Assembly: GCA_016183325.1 (NCBI GenBank)
Contig: JACPEV010000003.1
Span: forward strand, 82,000-145,999
DNA: 64,000 bases
Direction of reading: 5' to 3'
Source: Candidatus Curtissbacteria bacterium
GTDB taxonomy: Bacteria > Patescibacteriota > Microgenomatia > Curtissbacterales > GWA2-41-24
Made by a program: the position numbers and the translations under genes. Under the pieces are notes generated by a model. That model was not told the origin of the DNA. It searched no databases and saw only the letters and a list, made by a program, of their open reading frames with translations. Below, in pieces: positions 60,222 through 64,000 of the stretch (positions within the stretch are counted from its first letter, which is position 1; the number at the start of each line of letters is the position of its first letter).

Positions 60222-61193
60222 ATGCAAAAAATCACACCACATTTGTGGTTCGACAAAGAAGCCAAGGAAGCGGCCGAGTTTTATACCTCCGTTTTCCCGA
60301 ACTCAAAGATAACGAACATAACCACGCTCCACGATACGCCGTCGGGCTCGGTGGAGATTGTTTCGTTTGTGCTTTCGAGACAGGCCTTCATGGCAATTTC
60401 TGCTGGCCCGCTTTTTAAATTCAATCCATCCATCTCATCCCATGTTAAATGCAAAACGAAAGATGAAGTCGATGCATTATGGAAAAAGCTCTCAAAAGGC
60501 GGCATCATCCTCATGGAGCTTGGAAAATATCCGTGGAGCGAAAAGTATGGCTGGCTACAGGACAAGTACGGCCTTTCGTGGCAGATAATTTTTGTGGGTG
60601 AGGGTGAGATAAAGCAAAAAATTACTCCAGTACTCATGTTTGTCGGCGATGTGTGCGGAAAGGCAGAAGAAGCGGTCAATTTTTACACATCAGTGTTCAA
60701 AAATGCCCCCTTCGACTCTGCTCAGGCCTTCGGCTCTGAGGTCTTCGACCGTGAGGCTCAGACCGAATCGGCTCAGGCTCGAAGAGGCGTATCGAAAGTT
60801 GGCAATATCATCCGCTACGGCAAAGGTGAGGAACCAGACAGGCAAGGTTCATTAAAATACGCCGCTTTCACACTTGAAGGCCAGGAGTTTGGGGCTATGG
60901 ACAGCGCTCATAAACACAACTTTACCTTCAACGAAGCTATTTCCTTTATGGTGTACTGTGAAACTCAAAAAGGAGTGGACTACTTTTGGGAAAAGCTCTC
61001 CGCGGTTCCCGAAGCAGAGCAATGCGGCTGGCTCAAGGACAAATACGGTTTGTCTTGGCAGATCGTCCCCACTGCTCTGGGCAAGATGATGACAGACGGC
61101 AGCAAAGAGCAAATTGATCGCGTAACGCAGGCGTTCTTGCCGATGAAAAAGTTTGATATTGCAAAATTAAAGAAAGCCTACGAAGGGAGGTGA
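60222..61193 (+). CDS. tandem-domain VOC/PhnB-like protein with an in-frame repeat insertion
   Basis: Two copies of the PHLWFD…KYGLSWQI module; insertion at 60706-60786. Confidence 0.7.
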   Translation: MQKITPHLWFDKEAKEAAEFYTSVFPNSKITNITTLHDTPSGSVEIVSFVLSRQAFMAISAGPLFKFNPSISSHVKCKTKDEVDALWKKLSKGGIILMELGKYPWSEKYGWLQDKYGLSWQIIFVGEGEIKQKITPVLMFVGDVCGKAEEAVNFYTSVFKNAPFDSAQAFGSEVFDREAQTESAQARRGVSKVGNIIRYGKGEEPDRQGSLKYAAFTLEGQEFGAMDSAHKHNFTFNEAISFMVYCETQKGVDYFWEKLSAVPEAEQCGWLKDKYGLSWQIVPTALGKMMTDGSKEQIDRVTQAFLPMKKFDIAKLKKAYEGR

Positions 61194-61199
61194 AACATT

Positions 61200-61490
61200 A
61201 TGACAAAACTAAACACATATCTCAATTTTGCAGGCAACACGGAAGAAGCATTCAACTTCTATAAATCTGTTTTTGGTGGAGAATTAACACCAATTGTCCG
61301 ATTCAAGGATATGCCGATGGAAGGGGTAAAAATTCCTAAAGAGGATGAAAACAAAGTCATGCATGTCGGCTTGCCAATTGGCAACGACCAGATGTTAATG
61401 GCAACAGATACGCTTGAATCGCTCGGACAAAAGCTGGTACAGGGCAATAATGTCTATATTTCAGTCCATCCCAACATTTTCAAGGTTTAA
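61200..61490 (+). CDS. VOC/glyoxalase-family protein, short (possibly truncated)
   Basis: YLNFAGNTEEAFNFYKSVFGG N-terminus typical of PhnB/VOC; only 96 aa. Confidence 0.5.
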   Translation: MTKLNTYLNFAGNTEEAFNFYKSVFGGELTPIVRFKDMPMEGVKIPKEDENKVMHVGLPIGNDQMLMATDTLESLGQKLVQGNNVYISVHPNIFKV

Positions 61491-61654
61491 CCTGCCTTAA
61501 TGAACCATCAATATCTTCTCAAACATCTCGAACTTTTTCAATATGTAATTGGCATTACTCACTCACAGTTTGTTAGTCTTTTACCTTAGTTTATGGTCAC
61601 ACTTAACAAAGAATAGGTTGTAATAATATTACAAAAGTAATATAATTGTAAATA

Positions 61655-61948
61655 ATGGGTAGAGTAGTCTTGCAAATTCCATTGAATGCTGAACTTAGAA
61701 AAGCGGCTGAAGTCGAAGCAAAAGCTCAGGGGTTTTCCTCGTTACAAGAAGCTGTAAGAGTATTTTTAAAGAAGCTTTCTGACAGAACAATTGGGTTGAG
61801 ATTTGAGGCGCCAACCATTCAACTTTCTCAAAAAGCGATTAAAAGATACAATCGGATTGATGAGGATATCAAGATGGGTAAAAACGTCTACGAAGCTCGC
61901 GATGTCAAGGATTTGATGAAACAACTCCGTGAGAATCCTATTTCATAA
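61655..61948 (+). CDS. putative antitoxin (RelB/ParD-like)
   Basis: Position upstream of and overlapping the RelE-like gene. Confidence 0.5.
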   Translation: MGRVVLQIPLNAELRKAAEVEAKAQGFSSLQEAVRVFLKKLSDRTIGLRFEAPTIQLSQKAIKRYNRIDEDIKMGKNVYEARDVKDLMKQLRENPIS

Positions 61949-62192
61949 AAATTATCTAAAGCATTATAGGAAAAGAATTCTGCCAAATAAAAAACTTGAT
62001 AAGCGTTTAGAAAATAGGCTCGAACTTTTTATGAAAGACCCTAGTAATCCTTTGCTGGAAGACCATCGCTTAACTGGAGATAAGAAAGAATACCGAGCTT
62101 TTTCGATTACTGGAGATTATAGAGTTGTCTATAAAAAGTTCGACGACACTGTCGTCCTTTACGATGTTGGTACCCATAACCAAGTCTATTGA
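61929..62192 (+). CDS. RelE/ParE-family toxin
   Basis: C-terminal …YRAFSITGDYRVVYK…VLYDVGTHNQVY. Confidence 0.7.
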   Translation: MRILFHKNYLKHYRKRILPNKKLDKRLENRLELFMKDPSNPLLEDHRLTGDKKEYRAFSITGDYRVVYKKFDDTVVLYDVGTHNQVY

Positions 62193-63810
62193 GCTTTGGC
62201 CACTGCTTCCATGAAAGCCAGGTATAGAGGGTGGGGATGCATGGGGCGGGATTTGAGCTCTGGATGGAATTGGACACCGATGAAGAAGGGGTGATCTTTT
62301 AATTCCAAAGATTCGACAAGCTTACCATCTTTTGTAGTTGCAGCGATGATCATGCCTTTTTTCTCAAAAACTTTTCGATACTGGTTGTTAAATTCGTAGC
62401 GGTGGCGATGGCGCTCAGAGCCTTCAAGTTTCCCGTAGGTTTTAGCGAATTTGGTGCCTGCCGTTGCTTTAAAATCCCAAGAGCCTAAGCGCATGGTGCC
62501 GCCGAGATCTTTTTTTTCAACTTTTTCTTTTTGCGATTCCATGACGTGGATGATAGGGTGTTTGGTTTTAGGATTAATCTCGGTGGTATGGGCGTCTTTG
62601 AAGCCTGCGACGTTTCTGGCAAACTCGACGGCGGCCAGCTGCATACCAAAACAGAGGCCAAAGTAGGGAATTTTGTTTTGGCGCGCATATTTTATTGACT
62701 GGATGATGCCTTCAACAGCCCGGCCGCCAAAGCCGCCAGGGACGACAATACCGTCGTAACCAGCAAGAATATCTGGACCTTCTTTTTCAATTTGAGTGCT
62801 ATCGATCCAAGTCATTTTGGCTTTGATGTCGTTCTTTGCCGCAGCGTGTTTAACTGATTCGATGACGGAAAGATAGGCATCGGAGAGAGTAAAATCACCG
62901 GTTGAAAAATATTTGCCAACCATGGCAATTTTGGCGGTTTTTGGGGCCACAAGAGCACGATTGACCATGATTTTCCAATCGGAGAGGTCTTTTTTTCTGG
63001 GTTTGATGTGCATTTTTTGCAGGATTTTGTCGGAAAGGTCTTGATTTTCAAAGTTGAGAGGTACTTGATAGATGTTTTCGACATCGGGGGCGGAGATAAT
63101 ACCCGCAGGATCAAGACCACAGGCGATGGCAATTTTTTCTTTTCTCTTTTCATCAATAGCTACTTGAGATCTGGCCAGGACAAAATCAGCGTGGATGCCA
63201 GATGCAAAAAGTTGTTGAATTGACATTTGAGCCGGTTTTGACTTCATTTCCCCTATCGAGGAGGGAATGGGTAAATAAGTTACATGGACATGGAGAACAT
63301 CACGAGGATATCTGAGCTTAAGAAGACGATTAGCTTCTAAGAAAAGGAGGTTTTGGTACTCTCCTACTGTGCCGCCAACTTCAAAGACAATGATTTCGGC
63401 GTGGTTAGTTTTGACACATTTTTGGATACGACTGATGATTTCGCGGGGAGGATCCTGGAAGAATTCGACGGTTTTGCCTTCGTATCCAAGAGCTCTTTCT
63501 TTGTCGATGATGGCTTTCATGACCTGGCCGGTAGTCAGATAGTTGGTTTCGTTGAGACTTTGATCTAAGAAGCGTTCGTAGTTGCCCAAATCCTGATCAC
63601 ATTCCATGCCATCATCAAGAACAAATACTTCTCCGTGCTCGATGGGATTGAGGGTACCGGCATCGATATTGAGGTAGGGATCGGCTTTCATGGCGGTGAC
63701 TGAAAATCCGCGTGATTTAAGAAGTAGAGAAATCGAGGAGACGGCGATGCCTTTACCAATTCCGGAGATGACGCCACCTGAAACAAAGATGAATTTTGGT
63801 CTTAACAGAT
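62186..63810 (-). CDS. pyrG: CTP synthase
   Basis: GATase GLCFGMQ and the synthase domain. The reading frame continues upstream of the listed ORF through KFIFVSGGVISGIGKG (P-loop) to ~63810 with no in-frame ATG, so the start is non-canonical or CTG. Confidence 0.85.
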
Positions 63811-64000
63811 AAAAGCCCTCCTATGCTATTGCTATGGAGGGCCCGCCCTGCACCGTCTGGTGCGGGGCCCGCCTTTATTGTCTCAAAGCCAGATTGGAAT
63901 TGTCAAGATTACCTTCTCTCCTCAAAGTCTCGTTCCACATCCCTCTCGATCGCCCTTTTCCTCAAAATCGCTCGTTTATCAAATTTTGCCCAATTTTTGG

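Overview
This is a low-GC (~38%) bacterial window with compact, short genes, no rRNA, and an extreme density of type II toxin-antitoxin modules; it looks like a CPR/Patescibacteria-type genome, though that is inference from gene content only. Housekeeping genes recognisable from protein motifs are metG, a HAD hydrolase, tatD, groES-groEL, the dnaG-rpoD operon, pyrG, agmatinase, a deoxyhypusine-synthase-like gene, a NUDIX hydrolase, comFC and an M23 peptidase. A cell-envelope glycosylation set is also present: three GT39/ArnT-like GT-C transferases, a YfhO protein, a WecA/MraY-type phosphosugar transferase, a UbiA-family DPPR-synthase-like prenyltransferase, a DprE1-like FAD oxidase, two GT2 genes and a carbamoyltransferase. 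Six tRNAs sit on the minus strand: Arg-CCG and Ser-GGA at 45.2 kb, Ser-CGA and Arg-GCG at 50.4 kb, and Ser-UGA and Ser-GCU at 53.6 kb. About 12 TA pairs are present (Phd/Doc, VapBC-type PIN pairs, HicBA, two BrnTA, RelE/ParE), plus a stand-alone Fic protein and a two-motif LAGLIDADG homing endonuclease abutting a tRNA-Ser. The most unusual signals are below.
- A family of short GC-rich palindromic repeats (words CCTGAGC / GTCGAAGG, termini CACCTCCGAGG…CCTCGGAGGTG) sits in intergenic DNA and is also inserted in-frame into at least eight genes. The same 82-bp element appears in opposite orientation inside two different glycosyltransferase genes.
- A three-member family of membrane-anchored proteins shares an identical N-terminus and a duplicated ~370-bp 5' region that still carries the 3' tail of the doc toxin gene.
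- A promoter-plus-structured-leader cassette is reused three times.
- A DUF5678 protein is paired with a retropepsin-like protease.
- An ~800-bp ORF-free region lies next to a degraded ORF.
- A truncated peptide deformylase remnant is present.
No CRISPR array was found.
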